64,000 bases of DNA from Candidatus Zixiibacteriota bacterium (GCA_003599535.1 QZKQ01000083.1:14584-78583), one strand, 5' to 3'; counted from the stretch's first letter, positions 50,556-60,290 are shown. Translations and numbers: made by a program. Notes: generated by a model from the letters alone, not told the origin.

Positions 50556-51710
50556 TCACACCTTAAACCGCAGAAACGCTCCGATGTGCCCGTGGTCGCC
50601 CAGGCCCGAAGTGGGGTGGACGTGCTCGATCATGCTGCCGGTGCGCAGGGCGGCTTCGATGACGTCGTCGGCCATGTCGCCGACCGCTTCGGTGGCGGCG
50701 CGGCAGTCGGGGCAGCTCTCGCCTTCGATGCCCACCCATCCGCACTGGCGGCAGATCACTCCGGACTGGTGCCAGCCCTCCTCCACCAGCAGGATGTGCA
50801 CCGCTCCCCGGTGCAGCGCTTCCAGGACCGGATGCAGCCCCATGACGGCCAGTCCGCGGCCCATGGCGGTATCCGCCAGTTGGCGCACCATGCGCCGCTC
50901 GTTCTCGGATTCCACCCGCCGCTCGATTTCGGCGGTCTCTTCCAGGATGCGGGCGGGCCGGGTCTTGCCCGGTTCGCCGGCCAGGCGTCCCACCACACGC
51001 TCTTTCAGAGTGGGGTGGAGGAAGCTTTCGAACTGGGTCAGCAGCGACTGCTGGCCGCCCAGCACCAGGTACTCATAGTGGCGGCGGTGATAGCGATGGA
51101 AGAGCGCGTCGGCGACGTGGCGGAAGTGGCGCTGGGTCTCCTCCTCGCCGCGATGGGACATCCCCCGGTCGCCCGATCCGGGATGTTCCACCGCCAGGGA
51201 CACCGGGGCCGGCGGCGCGGAAGCCGGGAACGCCTCCTCCAACTTCAGGATTTCCCCCATGTACACTTCGTAGAGTTCGGCGGTGCGGCGGTCCAGCAGG
51301 AGCACGCCGAAGCGGTGGTACTCGTCCATGATCAGGGTCAGCGGGCGGATGTGGGGGGCCATCTCCAGGTAGACGCCGGAAGGCACCGGCCGGGGCAGGT
51401 TGAAGACCCGCCACAACTGGATGGCCTGGCAGGCGAAGACGGCCAGGCCGCGGTGTGGGAAGGTGGGCTCCAGCAGGTCGTTCAGATAGCGATCCAGGTG
51501 GTCCAGGTCGGCCAGCAACCCGGCCTTGACAGTTTCGTCCCAAGGGCCGGCTTCGGCCGACTTGCGGCCTTCCCGCAACAGGTTGCGGGCCTGCACCCGC
51601 TGCTGATCAAGGGTGTGGCGGGAGCGGTCGGTGTTCAGGTAGAAGCTGACCACCGGCTGCCCTCCGGACCTCAGGTCCAGCAGGTCTTCAACGTCGAGGA
51701 ACGTGATCAT
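50556..51710 (-). CDS. Bacterial eRF1/Pelota-like (baeRF, Vms1-type) protein
   Basis: Three-domain eRF1-like layout. The C-terminal region GLAVMGLHPVLEALHRGAVHILLVEEG...VIEAALRTGSMIEHV resembles eRF1 domain 3. Confidence 0.5.
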   Translation of the reverse strand: MITFLDVEDLLDLRSGGQPVVSFYLNTDRSRHTLDQQRVQARNLLREGRKSAEAGPWDETVKAGLLADLDHLDRYLNDLLEPTFPHRGLAVFACQAIQLWRVFNLPRPVPSGVYLEMAPHIRPLTLIMDEYHRFGVLLLDRRTAELYEVYMGEILKLEEAFPASAPPAPVSLAVEHPGSGDRGMSHRGEEETQRHFRHVADALFHRYHRRHYEYLVLGGQQSLLTQFESFLHPTLKERVVGRLAGEPGKTRPARILEETAEIERRVESENERRMVRQLADTAMGRGLAVMGLHPVLEALHRGAVHILLVEEGWHQSGVICRQCGWVGIEGESCPDCRAATEAVGDMADDVIEAALRTGSMIEHVHPTSGLGDHGHIGAFLRFKV

Positions 51711-51740
51711 GGGACGCTCCTATGCAGATAGAGGGTGAAT

Positions 51741-52703
51741 TCAGAACCGCGGTGCCCGGCGGTTCAGGGGATCTTCCAGCAGTTCCACGCCTTCCGGGGA
51801 AACGCGCGCCCGGGCGCCCACCGGCAGGGTGAGGCGTTCGGGATGGTGGCCGTAGGGCAGACCCGTATAGATGGGCAGCGGATGCGCCGAGGTCAGATCC
51901 AGGAGAATCTCTTCCAGCGACAGATCGTCGTTGCGGCGCGCCTTGGGCCAGCATTTGACCATGCGCCCGACTACCAGGCCCGCGAGTTGGTCCAACACGC
52001 CGGCATTCTTCAGGTGGGTGAGCATCCGGTCTACGTGGTAAGGTTTCTCGTCGGTGTCCTCCAGGATCAGAATGGCGCCGCGAAGATCGGGCAGGAAGGG
52101 CGTACCCAACAGGGTGACCATGAGCGACAGGCAGCCGGGGAACAGCCGCCCCCGGGCCTCGCCCGGACGCAACGCCGTCAGGGGGTGGGGCCACAGATTC
52201 TTCTGCACCGCCGAGGGGTCGACCATGTCGAAGAAGGAGCGGAGCGTCAGGTCGGGCAGGCCGTCACCGATCTCGTTGACCAGGGGGCCGGTGAAGGTCA
52301 CCAGGCGGCTGCGGGCGTAGAGCGCCCAGTTGAGGGCGGTCAGATCGCTGAAGCCGACGAAGATCTTGGGGTTCCGGGCGATGGCTTCGTAGGGGAGACT
52401 CTGCAGCAAACGGCCGCTGCCGTACCCGCCGCGGGCGCACAGCACCGCCCGGATCCGGGGGTCGGTGAAGGCGGTGGTCAGATCATCCAGCCGTTCCCGG
52501 TCCAGGCCGGAAAAATAGGCGTAGCGTCCCAGGGCGTGCGGGCTGACCGTCACACTGTAGCCCAGGCGGGCCAGGCGGTCGGCCCCGCGGTGGACGCGTT
52601 CCGGGTCGGACGGGCCGGCCGGTGAGATCACCGCGATGCCCTGGCCGGGCCGCAGGGGCGCGGGTTTGTGATGCCGGGTTCTGCGCGGAGAATCAGTATT
52701 CAT
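51741..52703 (-). CDS. ldcA: LD-carboxypeptidase (peptidase S66)
   Basis: Ser nucleophile motif GFSDLTAL. About 320 aa. Confidence 0.75.
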   Translation of the reverse strand: MNTDSPRRTRHHKPAPLRPGQGIAVISPAGPSDPERVHRGADRLARLGYSVTVSPHALGRYAYFSGLDRERLDDLTTAFTDPRIRAVLCARGGYGSGRLLQSLPYEAIARNPKIFVGFSDLTALNWALYARSRLVTFTGPLVNEIGDGLPDLTLRSFFDMVDPSAVQKNLWPHPLTALRPGEARGRLFPGCLSLMVTLLGTPFLPDLRGAILILEDTDEKPYHVDRMLTHLKNAGVLDQLAGLVVGRMVKCWPKARRNDDLSLEEILLDLTSAHPLPIYTGLPYGHHPERLTLPVGARARVSPEGVELLEDPLNRRAPRF

Positions 52704-53922
52704 GCCACAGGGGGGAGGTCAAGCGGTATTCGCCGAAGCCTTCTTCGTCCACGAAATAGAAGCGGCGGTTGATATCGTAGTAGTACCACACTTCATAGGG
52801 TTTGCGGTCAATGTCGAAGGGGTGCCGCTCGATGTCCGTGGGAGGTCCGAAGATGACGTAGACTCGTCCCATGTCGCTCTCCCAGCCCTCGCGAAATCCG
52901 GAAAACTGCTCGCTGGCGTAGCGGATGCGCCGGTAGTATTCCTCCATGCGCTCGTTGACCGCGGTGTTGGGCGTGGCGTCGCGCTTCTTCCAGAACTGGT
53001 GGAACGCCTCCGCCTTCTGCGAGCGGGGAGCGCGCTGCAGGCGTTCCATCTCCTCGTCGTTGGCGATATACTTCAACTGGCGGATGGCCAGATCGAGGTC
53101 CCTGATGTAATCGGGCAGGTTTTGCCACAGCACCCGGAAGGGGTACCCCCGGGCCAGGCGGTCTTCCCCATTGCGGGCCAGGACCACCAGGCGGTAGGCG
53201 CCGTTGGCCAGACCGGCGGTGGGCAGGGACAGGGTATCGGCGTAGAAATTGGCCGGCTCACCCAGTTCCACCGAACCGCCGGCGACCACCTGGTCGCCTT
53301 CGTCCAGCAACTGGTATTCCAGGCTGTTGCCTTCCGTATTCTGACTGTACAGCACCAGGGAGGCGGCCAGCGACTGGCCGCTCAGCAGGCCGGAAGCCAT
53401 CTGCACCTGGCCGGTGGAATCCACCAGGGAGAGGTCGCCCAGCCGCAGATTACGGTTCCATTCCTTGTCGGAGAAAACGATCTCTTTTTCCAGGGTGCGA
53501 TCCTTGCGGGATTCCCGGTCCACCAGGGTGATGCGCAGGTTGCTGCGCTGGGGCGCCAGCCGGAAGACGGATCGGGTCTGCTCCCCGGACTGCCGCGAAT
53601 TGGTCTGGGTATAGGTGGCGACGTTCACCTCGCGGTCCAGGTGGTCGCTGCCCAGGATCCGGCCGCTGCGGTCTTCCAGGTAGACGTCCAGGCCGTAGCC
53701 GGCCCGGTAGCCGCCGTCGGACTTGACGAACTGCAAGTCGTCATGCAGAATGCGCACGTGAACCTCCAGGTCCACGCTGTCGGGATGGGTGGTGGGCAGG
53801 CGCAGGGGCAGGACGCGAAACTCGGGGAAGCCCAGGAAGGGATCGGCGTAGTATTCCGGCTGGGCCAGCAGGGCCGGAGCCGCCAGGGATATCATGATAA
53901 TCAACAGAAATGCGTGTTTCAT
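52693..53922 (-). CDS. GWxTD domain protein (secreted)
   Basis: Signal peptide. C-terminal GWESDMGRVYVIFGPPTDIERHP, which is the GWxTD signature. Confidence 0.7.
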   Translation of the reverse strand: MKHAFLLIIMISLAAPALLAQPEYYADPFLGFPEFRVLPLRLPTTHPDSVDLEVHVRILHDDLQFVKSDGGYRAGYGLDVYLEDRSGRILGSDHLDREVNVATYTQTNSRQSGEQTRSVFRLAPQRSNLRITLVDRESRKDRTLEKEIVFSDKEWNRNLRLGDLSLVDSTGQVQMASGLLSGQSLAASLVLYSQNTEGNSLEYQLLDEGDQVVAGGSVELGEPANFYADTLSLPTAGLANGAYRLVVLARNGEDRLARGYPFRVLWQNLPDYIRDLDLAIRQLKYIANDEEMERLQRAPRSQKAEAFHQFWKKRDATPNTAVNERMEEYYRRIRYASEQFSGFREGWESDMGRVYVIFGPPTDIERHPFDIDRKPYEVWYYYDINRRFYFVDEEGFGEYRLTSPLWHEY

Positions 53923-55259
53923 GGGGAAAACCTCTCACTCGATTCCGCCTCGCCGGCCGCGACCGGGCGGGCAAATAGATCGTACTCCTGGGCCCGCTCG
54001 ATCACCACTTCCATCCGGGTGCCGGGGGGATAGTTCCCGGGAATGAGAATCTCGCCGTCCAGTTCCGGCAGTTCGGACCGGCCGTGCGCCACGCTGTAAC
54101 CGGTCTCCGCTTCGTAGAAATCAACCAGGACTTCGTCCCGGGAACCGACCCGGGAGCGGTTGTATTCCAGGGAAATGTCCATTTGCACGTCCAGAAGGTC
54201 GCGGCGGCGGCGCGCCCGGGTGCGGGGCGATACCTGGCCCGGCAGCGCGGCCGCGGGGGTGCCTTCCTGGGGGGAGAATTCGAAGCAGCCCAGGCGCTCG
54301 AAACGCGCCTCCTCGATGAAGTCGAGCAACTCGCGGAAGTCGCGGGGCGACTCTCCCGGGAAGCCCACGATAATGGAGGTACGGAGCACAGCGTTCGGCA
54401 TATGGCGCCGGGCCGCGGCAATCAAGTCCAGCAGTTGACGGCGGCTGCCGCCTCGCCCCATGGCCTTCAGAATGCGCTGCGAGGCGTGCTCGACGGGCAG
54501 GTCCAGGTAGCGGGCCAGTTTCGGCTGGGTGGCCCAGAATTCCCACAGCTCCTCGCCGCAGGCCGGCGGGTGGAGGTAGAGGGGCCGCACCCAGGCGATC
54601 CCTTCCACGCCGCAGAGCCGTTCCAGCAGATCCATGAGCGGACGGTTGCCCCGCCCCAGGCCCAGGTCGTGGCCGTACGAATTCAACTCCTGCGCCACGG
54701 GCAGGAGTTCCAGTACACCGCGCCGGGCCAGGGCAGCCGCCTCTTCCACGATTTCTTCCGGCGGGCGGCTGGCGTAGCGGCCCCTTAGGGAGGGAATGAC
54801 GCAGTAGGAGCAGCCCCGGTTGCAGCCGTCGGCGAGGCGCAGGTAGGCGTAGTGGCCGGGGGTTTCGAGGTCCCGCTCCAGGTAGGGATTGCCGGTAATG
54901 GAGGCCCGGCCGTCGGCCAGGACGCGATCCAGCAGGGCACGCCACTGTCCCACGCCGTAGAAGGCATCCACTTCGGGCAGCTCGGCTTCCAGCTCGCGGC
55001 CGAAGCGCTGCGGCAGACAACCGAAAACGAAGAGCCGCCGGCACTGGCCTTCGGTCTTCATGCGGGCGGCGTCCAGGATGGCGTCCAGAGCCTCCTCCTG
55101 GGCTGCCTGGATGAAGGCGCAGGTGTTGACCACGATGGTGTCGGCGGCGCGGGGATCGGCGGTGATTTCCACCCCCCGCTTGATTCCCCACCCCCGAACC
55201 AGCTCGCCTTCGACCTGGTTCTTGGCGCAACCCAGGTTGTGCAGGTAAAGCCGGATCAT
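53919..55259 (-). CDS. rimO: Ribosomal protein S12 methylthiotransferase RimO (radical SAM, MiaB-like)
   Basis: Start at MIRLYLHNLGCAKNQVEGE, with ATGA overlap with the ftsY stop. Radical-SAM CxxxCxxC (CNRGCSYC). C-terminal TRAM domain. The long GC-rich upstream ORF extension was rejected. Confidence 0.8.
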   Translation of the reverse strand: MIRLYLHNLGCAKNQVEGELVRGWGIKRGVEITADPRAADTIVVNTCAFIQAAQEEALDAILDAARMKTEGQCRRLFVFGCLPQRFGRELEAELPEVDAFYGVGQWRALLDRVLADGRASITGNPYLERDLETPGHYAYLRLADGCNRGCSYCVIPSLRGRYASRPPEEIVEEAAALARRGVLELLPVAQELNSYGHDLGLGRGNRPLMDLLERLCGVEGIAWVRPLYLHPPACGEELWEFWATQPKLARYLDLPVEHASQRILKAMGRGGSRRQLLDLIAAARRHMPNAVLRTSIIVGFPGESPRDFRELLDFIEEARFERLGCFEFSPQEGTPAAALPGQVSPRTRARRRRDLLDVQMDISLEYNRSRVGSRDEVLVDFYEAETGYSVAHGRSELPELDGEILIPGNYPPGTRMEVVIERAQEYDLFARPVAAGEAESSERFSP

Positions 55260-56197
55260 GCCCGGGCCTCGGGCTCGCCCAGCAGCACGCGGGCGAAGGC
55301 TTCCGGGTCGAACTCGTCCAGGTCGTCCATCTTTTCGCCCAGCCCGATGAAGCGCACCGGAAGATTCAGCTCGTGGCACACGGAGATGACCGCGCCGCCC
55401 TTGGCGGTGCCGTCCAGCTTGGCCACTACCAGTCCGGTGACGCCGCTGATATCCTGGAATACCCGGGCCTGCTGCACCATGTTCTGGCCGGTGTTGGCGT
55501 CCAGCACCAGCAGGACCTCGTGTGGGGCGTCCGCGTCGAGTTTCTTCAGCACCCGGCCGATCTTGGACAGTTCCTGCATCAGGTTGGCCTTGTTGTGCAG
55601 CCGGCCGGCGGTGTCTATGATGAGCAGGTCTACCCCGCGGGCCTTGGCTGCCTGCAGGGCGTCGAAGGCTACGGCGGCGGGGTCGGCACCGGCCCCCTGG
55701 CTGATGACAGGCAGCCCCAGCCGGTCGCCCCACATGGAAAGCTGTTCGCTGGCCGCGGCGCGGAAGGTATCCCCGGCGGCCAGGAGCACCCGCCGGCCGT
55801 CCTGCTGAAACTTGCGGGCCAGTTTGGCGATGGTCGTGGTCTTGCCGCTGCCGTTGACCCCCACCACCAGGATCACGGCGGGCCGGGCGGAGAGGTTCAG
55901 ACCGTTTTCCCGGGCGGCCGGCGCCATCATTTCGGCGATCACTTCCCCCAGCAGGGCGCGGACGTTGGCGGCGTTGTCGTCGCTCATGGCGGAGGCGCGG
56001 CGCACCTTGTCGCGCAGCGCCTGGAGGATATCCTCGGCCGTTTGCACACCCACGTCAGCGGTCAGCAACGCCTCTTCCAATTCGGCGTAGAGGTCTTCGT
56101 CAATGCGGGGATGGGAGGAGAGCACCCGGCGGATGCTGTCACCAAAGGCCTGCTGGGTCTTGACCAGCTTCTCTTTTAGTTTTCCGAAGAGGGACAT
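55256..56197 (-). CDS. ftsY: Signal recognition particle receptor FtsY
   Basis: NG domain with GVNGSGKTTTIAKLA, DTAGR, and GTPase motifs. Confidence 0.9.
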   Translation of the reverse strand: MSLFGKLKEKLVKTQQAFGDSIRRVLSSHPRIDEDLYAELEEALLTADVGVQTAEDILQALRDKVRRASAMSDDNAANVRALLGEVIAEMMAPAARENGLNLSARPAVILVVGVNGSGKTTTIAKLARKFQQDGRRVLLAAGDTFRAAASEQLSMWGDRLGLPVISQGAGADPAAVAFDALQAAKARGVDLLIIDTAGRLHNKANLMQELSKIGRVLKKLDADAPHEVLLVLDANTGQNMVQQARVFQDISGVTGLVVAKLDGTAKGGAVISVCHELNLPVRFIGLGEKMDDLDEFDPEAFARVLLGEPEARA

Positions 56198-56216
56198 TCA
56201 GGATCTCTGATTTGGA

Positions 56217-56524
56217 GCCACAGATGAACACAGATAAAGAAGCCAGAAACCAGAATTCAGGAGCCAGGAGCACACAATCCAGAAGGGATTGCATCCGTCG
56301 GCCGACGGATAGCCGGGGTGTGCACCCCCCGGAGGAGGACGATTCATCTGCCTCCCCTTGCGACCCTGACGGGGTCGAACATCATCAGCGTAATCTGCTA
56401 AATCTGCGGAAATCTGCGATTCTGACGAGGGATCCCAATCCGTATAACCCGTTCGATCGGTGATATGGTCGCGCGGGTATAACCATGGGTGACATTATCT
56501 GTGCTTATCTGTGCAATCTGTGGC
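56217..56524. mobile_element. MITE-like dispersed repeat element (about 308 bp) with imperfect terminal inverted repeats
   Basis: Left end GCCACAGATGAACACAGATAAAG. Right end reverse-complements to GCCACAGATTGCACAGATAAGCACAGATAA. Internal CCGTCGGCCGACGG palindrome and (AAATCTGCG)x3. An internal 80-nt core is shared with 2600-2700. The internal 83-aa ORF was judged non-coding. Confidence 0.4.
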
Positions 56525-56531
56525 TAAATGG

Positions 56532-57206
56532 TTACTTCCATACCCGCACCGCCCACTGGTGGAACCAGGCGTCACTCCTGGCCCGGGCGCGGGGATCGCC
56601 GCCGAAGACCGGATCGGCATCGTTGTAGGGCCGGTGGCGGGAATCATAATTTTTACGCGCGAAGGGGGCCGCCAGTTGCAGAATCTCATCCCGGCTGAAG
56701 TAGTGGTGCGGAACCCCCGCCTCCAGACCCTGGTGGTGCACGAAGGTATTGGGCTCGATTTCCTCGCCTTCGCCCCGGCGGACGTCTTCCACCCCGATCA
56801 GGGTGAAGAAGAAGGGGGCGCCGGGCTTGAGCAGGCGGCGCGCCTCGGCCACGGCGGCGAAGGTGTCGGCCAGGACGGCGTGATTCATGACGCCCAGCGA
56901 GAGGATGCCGTCGAAGAATTCCTCGGGGTAAGGCTGCCGGGTCATATCCGACAGGGAGAGGCGGGCGCTCAGGCCCTCCATTTCCAGCCACTGCCGGGCC
57001 ACGGCCAGGCCCTGCGGGGCGACGTCGGTGCCGTGAACTTCGAAGCCGGCTCCGGCCAGGTTCACCAGGTGCCGTCCGGCGCCGCAGCCCAGGTCCAGAA
57101 CCCGGGCTCCGGGAGGCACGGCGCGGGCGAATTCGAGCGCCAGCGGGTCCGGCTCGCGGATCACCTTGGCGGGATTGTGAAACAGTTGATTCCAGTCAGC
57201 GCACAT
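56532..57206 (-). CDS. Class I SAM-dependent methyltransferase
   Basis: Motif I VLDLGCGAGRH. Start tentatively at MCADWNQLF, since the longer ORF-track start would overlap nadK. Confidence 0.65.
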   Translation of the reverse strand: MCADWNQLFHNPAKVIREPDPLALEFARAVPPGARVLDLGCGAGRHLVNLAGAGFEVHGTDVAPQGLAVARQWLEMEGLSARLSLSDMTRQPYPEEFFDGILSLGVMNHAVLADTFAAVAEARRLLKPGAPFFFTLIGVEDVRRGEGEEIEPNTFVHHQGLEAGVPHHYFSRDEILQLAAPFARKNYDSRHRPYNDADPVFGGDPRARARSDAWFHQWAVRVWK

Positions 57207-57226
57207 GGAAGGGGAAACCGGGGAGA

Positions 57227-58087
57227 TTACGATGATGCGGGGCCATCGCCCCACTTCAGCTTTTCGCGCAGGACGTCGTAGAAGTACTTGTCGTGGAACA
57301 GCACCAGTTTGACCACGTAGTCGGCCTTGTGAATGATGATGCGGTCGCCCACCCGGAGGTGGCGTTCCACCTGGCCGTCGGTGGACAGGATCATGCGGTC
57401 GTGGCCCCCCTGGACCAGCGCTTCAATGCCCTGGTCGCAGCCGATCAGCATGGGACGGTCGGTCAGGGTGTGGGGGGAGATGGGATTGACGATCAGGACA
57501 TTCAGGGCCGGTTCCACGAGGGGACCGCCGGTGGACAGGGAGTAGGCGGTGGAGCCGGTGGGAGTGGCCACGATCAGGCCGTCGCCGGTGTAGGTGTTCA
57601 GGTAGCGGCCGCCGATGGTGGTGCGAATGCGCACCACGCGGGTGTAGGCGCCCTTCTCGATGACCACGTCATTCAGGGCGTAATAGACGTCCGGAGAGCC
57701 GTTGACGCGGCAGGCCAGCACCATGCGCTCTTCAACACGGTAGGCGCCGGACAGCAGCTCCTCGACGCGGGGATAGAGGCTGGAGAGCGAGATTTCCGCC
57801 AGGTAGCCCAGGCCGCCCAGGTTGACGCCCAGGATGGGGGTCTGGCGGCGGCCGACCTTGCGGGCGGTGGACAGAAGCGTGCCATCCCCACCAAAGGAGA
57901 GCACCATGTCGCACCGTTCCACCAACTGCTCGATGGGCAGGAAGCGATCCGGCTGGACACAGAGATTCTCCCGCAGGTCGTCGGCAGCCAGGACCGAAGC
58001 CCCTTTACTTTCCAGCCAGGCGAGAAACGGAGGGAGGACTTCCCAGATCTGTTCTTTCTGGGTGTTGGCGATGATGCCGAATATCAT
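57227..58087 (-). CDS. nadK: NAD kinase
   Basis: GGDGT motif (FGGDGTLL), NxGxLGFL-like motif (NLGGLGYL), and DG..V.TP..S.A.S. Start at MIFGIIANT by frame arithmetic from the ORF track. Confidence 0.8.
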   Translation of the reverse strand: MIFGIIANTQKEQIWEVLPPFLAWLESKGASVLAADDLRENLCVQPDRFLPIEQLVERCDMVLSFGGDGTLLSTARKVGRRQTPILGVNLGGLGYLAEISLSSLYPRVEELLSGAYRVEERMVLACRVNGSPDVYYALNDVVIEKGAYTRVVRIRTTIGGRYLNTYTGDGLIVATPTGSTAYSLSTGGPLVEPALNVLIVNPISPHTLTDRPMLIGCDQGIEALVQGGHDRMILSTDGQVERHLRVGDRIIIHKADYVVKLVLFHDKYFYDVLREKLKWGDGPASS

Positions 58088-60017
58088 GGGTCTTCCGGAG
58101 GCGGCCGGGAGGCATGACCACGGCCGGTTCGCGGGCGGGCGCGAAGAATTCCCGGGCCACCCGGGCCAGGCCGGGGGCATCCAGCCCCAGTTGGCGCAGC
58201 AACTGCGCCCGGTCACCCTGTTCGATGAACTGGTCCACGATCCCCCGGCGGCGGAAGCGCGGCAGGGGGAGATCCATTTCCTCGATCGCTTCCATCACCG
58301 CCGAACCGAACCCGCCGGGCAGGGCCCCTTCTTCCACCGTCATCAGGCGGTCGAAGCGGGTGGCCAGGTCGCGCAACAGGTCGCGGTCCAGAGGCTTCAG
58401 GGAACGCATGTTGACCACGGTCAGCGCCATTCCAGTTTCGGCTTCCACCAGGTCGGCCGCCTGCAGAGCTTCGCTGAACAGGGTGCCCAGCGTGAGAATG
58501 GCTCCGGCAGATCCGACTCGGGCCACTTCGGCGCGTCCGATTTCGATTTCGCGCCAGGAGGCTTCGGGATCCAGGGGGCAGCCGGCGCCTTCGGCGCGGG
58601 GATAGCGCACCGCGAGGGGGCCGCCCTGGTACTGGACGGCCGTATACAGCATGTGCTGCAGTTCGTTCTCGTCGCGTGGCGCCAGGATGACCAGGTTGGG
58701 GATGTGGCGCAGGTACCCCAGGTCGAAGCAGCCGTGGTGGGTGGGGCCGTCCTCGCCCACCAGGCCGCCGCGGTCCAGGGCGAAAATCACGGGCAGCTTC
58801 TGCAGGGCGACGTCGTGGATGATCTGGTCGTAGCCGCGCTGCAGGAAGCTGGAGTAGATGGCCACCAGGGGGCGCAGACCCTGGGCGGCCAGCCCGGCGG
58901 CGAAGGTGACGGCGTGGCCTTCGGCGATGCCCACATCGTGGAAGCGGTCGGGGAAGCGGTGGGCGAACTCGGAGAGCCCGGTGCCGTCGGCCATGGCCGC
59001 GGTGATGGCCACCAGCCCGGGATGCTTCTCGGCCAGCTTGACCACGGTCTTGCCGAACACGGAGGTGTAGGTCGGAGCCTGGGGGGCGGCCTGGGGCGCG
59101 CCGGTCTCCCTGATGAAGGAACCGATGCCGTGGAACTTGGTGGCGTTTTGCTCGGCCGGCAGGTAGCCCTTGCCCTTGCGGGTCAGGACGTGCACCAGGA
59201 TGGGCCCGTGCAGCTCCCTGACCTGGCGAAAGATGCGCACCAGGTCGTCCAGGTTGTGGCCGTCCAGCGGGCCGATGTAGCGGAAGCCCAACTGCTCAAA
59301 GAACAGCCCCGGCACCAGCATGGCCTTGATGGAGGCTTCCAGGCGGCCGATGGAGCGGGCGATGCGGTTGCCCTGGGGCAGGGCCAGGGTCCGGTCCCAG
59401 ATCTCCTTCTTCAACCGGGTGAAGCGGCGGTCGGTGATCAGAAAGGCCAGGTACTTGGACAGCGCCCCCACGTTGGGGGAGATGGACATGGTGTTGTCGT
59501 TCAACACCACGATGAAGTTGCGCCGCGAGGCGCCGGCGTTGTTCAACCCTTCGAAGGCCAGGCCGCCGGTCATGGAACCGTCGCCGATGACGGAGACGAC
59601 GTGGTAGTCCTCTCCTGCCGTGTCGCGGGCGCAGACCATGCCGTACCCGGCGGAAATGGACGTCGAGGCGTGTCCCGTGCCGAAGGCGTCGTATTCGCTT
59701 TCGGAGCGGTTGGGGAAGCCGGAGATGCCCTTGTGCTGGCGGTTCTGGCGGAACCGGTCGCGGCGGCCGGTCAGAATTTTGTGGGCGTAGGCCTGGTGGC
59801 CGACATCCCAGATGATCTTGTCCCGGGGGCAATCGAAGACGTGGTGCAGCGCCAGGGTCAGTTCCACGACTCCCAGGCTGGGAGCCAGGTGTCCGCCGGT
59901 GATGGACACGTTGGTGATGATGTAGTCCCGCAGCTCGGCAGCCAGTTCCACCAGCTCAGCCGGGGTGCAGCTTTTCAGGTCTTCCGGAGAATCTATCTTG
60001 GACAGATGGTCGCTCAC
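58005..60017 (-). CDS. dxs: 1-deoxy-D-xylulose-5-phosphate synthase
   Basis: TPP-binding GDGxxxxG motif. GHQAYAHK and SGGHLAPS N-terminal motifs. About 670 aa, with an unusual roughly 40-aa C-terminal tail. Confidence 0.9.
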   Translation of the reverse strand: MSDHLSKIDSPEDLKSCTPAELVELAAELRDYIITNVSITGGHLAPSLGVVELTLALHHVFDCPRDKIIWDVGHQAYAHKILTGRRDRFRQNRQHKGISGFPNRSESEYDAFGTGHASTSISAGYGMVCARDTAGEDYHVVSVIGDGSMTGGLAFEGLNNAGASRRNFIVVLNDNTMSISPNVGALSKYLAFLITDRRFTRLKKEIWDRTLALPQGNRIARSIGRLEASIKAMLVPGLFFEQLGFRYIGPLDGHNLDDLVRIFRQVRELHGPILVHVLTRKGKGYLPAEQNATKFHGIGSFIRETGAPQAAPQAPTYTSVFGKTVVKLAEKHPGLVAITAAMADGTGLSEFAHRFPDRFHDVGIAEGHAVTFAAGLAAQGLRPLVAIYSSFLQRGYDQIIHDVALQKLPVIFALDRGGLVGEDGPTHHGCFDLGYLRHIPNLVILAPRDENELQHMLYTAVQYQGGPLAVRYPRAEGAGCPLDPEASWREIEIGRAEVARVGSAGAILTLGTLFSEALQAADLVEAETGMALTVVNMRSLKPLDRDLLRDLATRFDRLMTVEEGALPGGFGSAVMEAIEEMDLPLPRFRRRGIVDQFIEQGDRAQLLRQLGLDAPGLARVAREFFAPAREPAVVMPPGRLRKTHDIRHHRQHPERTDLGSPPSVSRLAGK

Positions 60018-60069
60018 CCAAACCTCTGGTTATAGCCGTAATCCCTTCTATCTCACCCGCGGAGCGGCA

Positions 60070-60273
60070 TCAGAGTTCCTCGGGGGGAAGAAGAACTTTC
60101 AGCTTCTGTTCGGCGGATTCGAGCTTCTCCAGGCAAAAGCCGATCAACGCCCGGCCCTCTTCATACAGGGCCAGGGAGTCCTCCAGCGAAGGAGTGTTCC
60201 CTTCCAGGGCGCGCACGATCTCTTCCAGGCGCTTCAGGGCGCCTTCAAAGCTTTTTTCGGCCGGTGATTCCAT
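60070..60273 (-). CDS. xseB: Exodeoxyribonuclease VII small subunit
   Basis: 67 aa. Pattern FEEALKRLEEIV..LE......LE.SL..YE.G. Sits directly upstream of xseA. Confidence 0.8.
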   Translation of the reverse strand: MESPAEKSFEGALKRLEEIVRALEGNTPSLEDSLALYEEGRALIGFCLEKLESAEQKLKVLLPPEEL

Positions 60274-60290
60274 GTTATGGAGAGAGAAAA

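Noticed and set aside
55260-55733. N-terminal 158-codon extension of the rimO ORF. There are similar extensions on the pgk, nadK, hupB, GNAT and GT ORFs.
   Set aside because: The extensions are R/G/P-rich and overlap upstream genes. Conserved N-termini with ATG and coupling overlaps are found internally.
56212-56463. 83-aa plus-strand ORF inside the MITE-like element.
   Set aside because: Low-complexity translation lying within tandem-repeat DNA. There is no RBS, and a partial copy of the same DNA elsewhere is non-coding.
57822-60035. 737-aa plus-strand ORF.
   Set aside because: Antisense to dxs.
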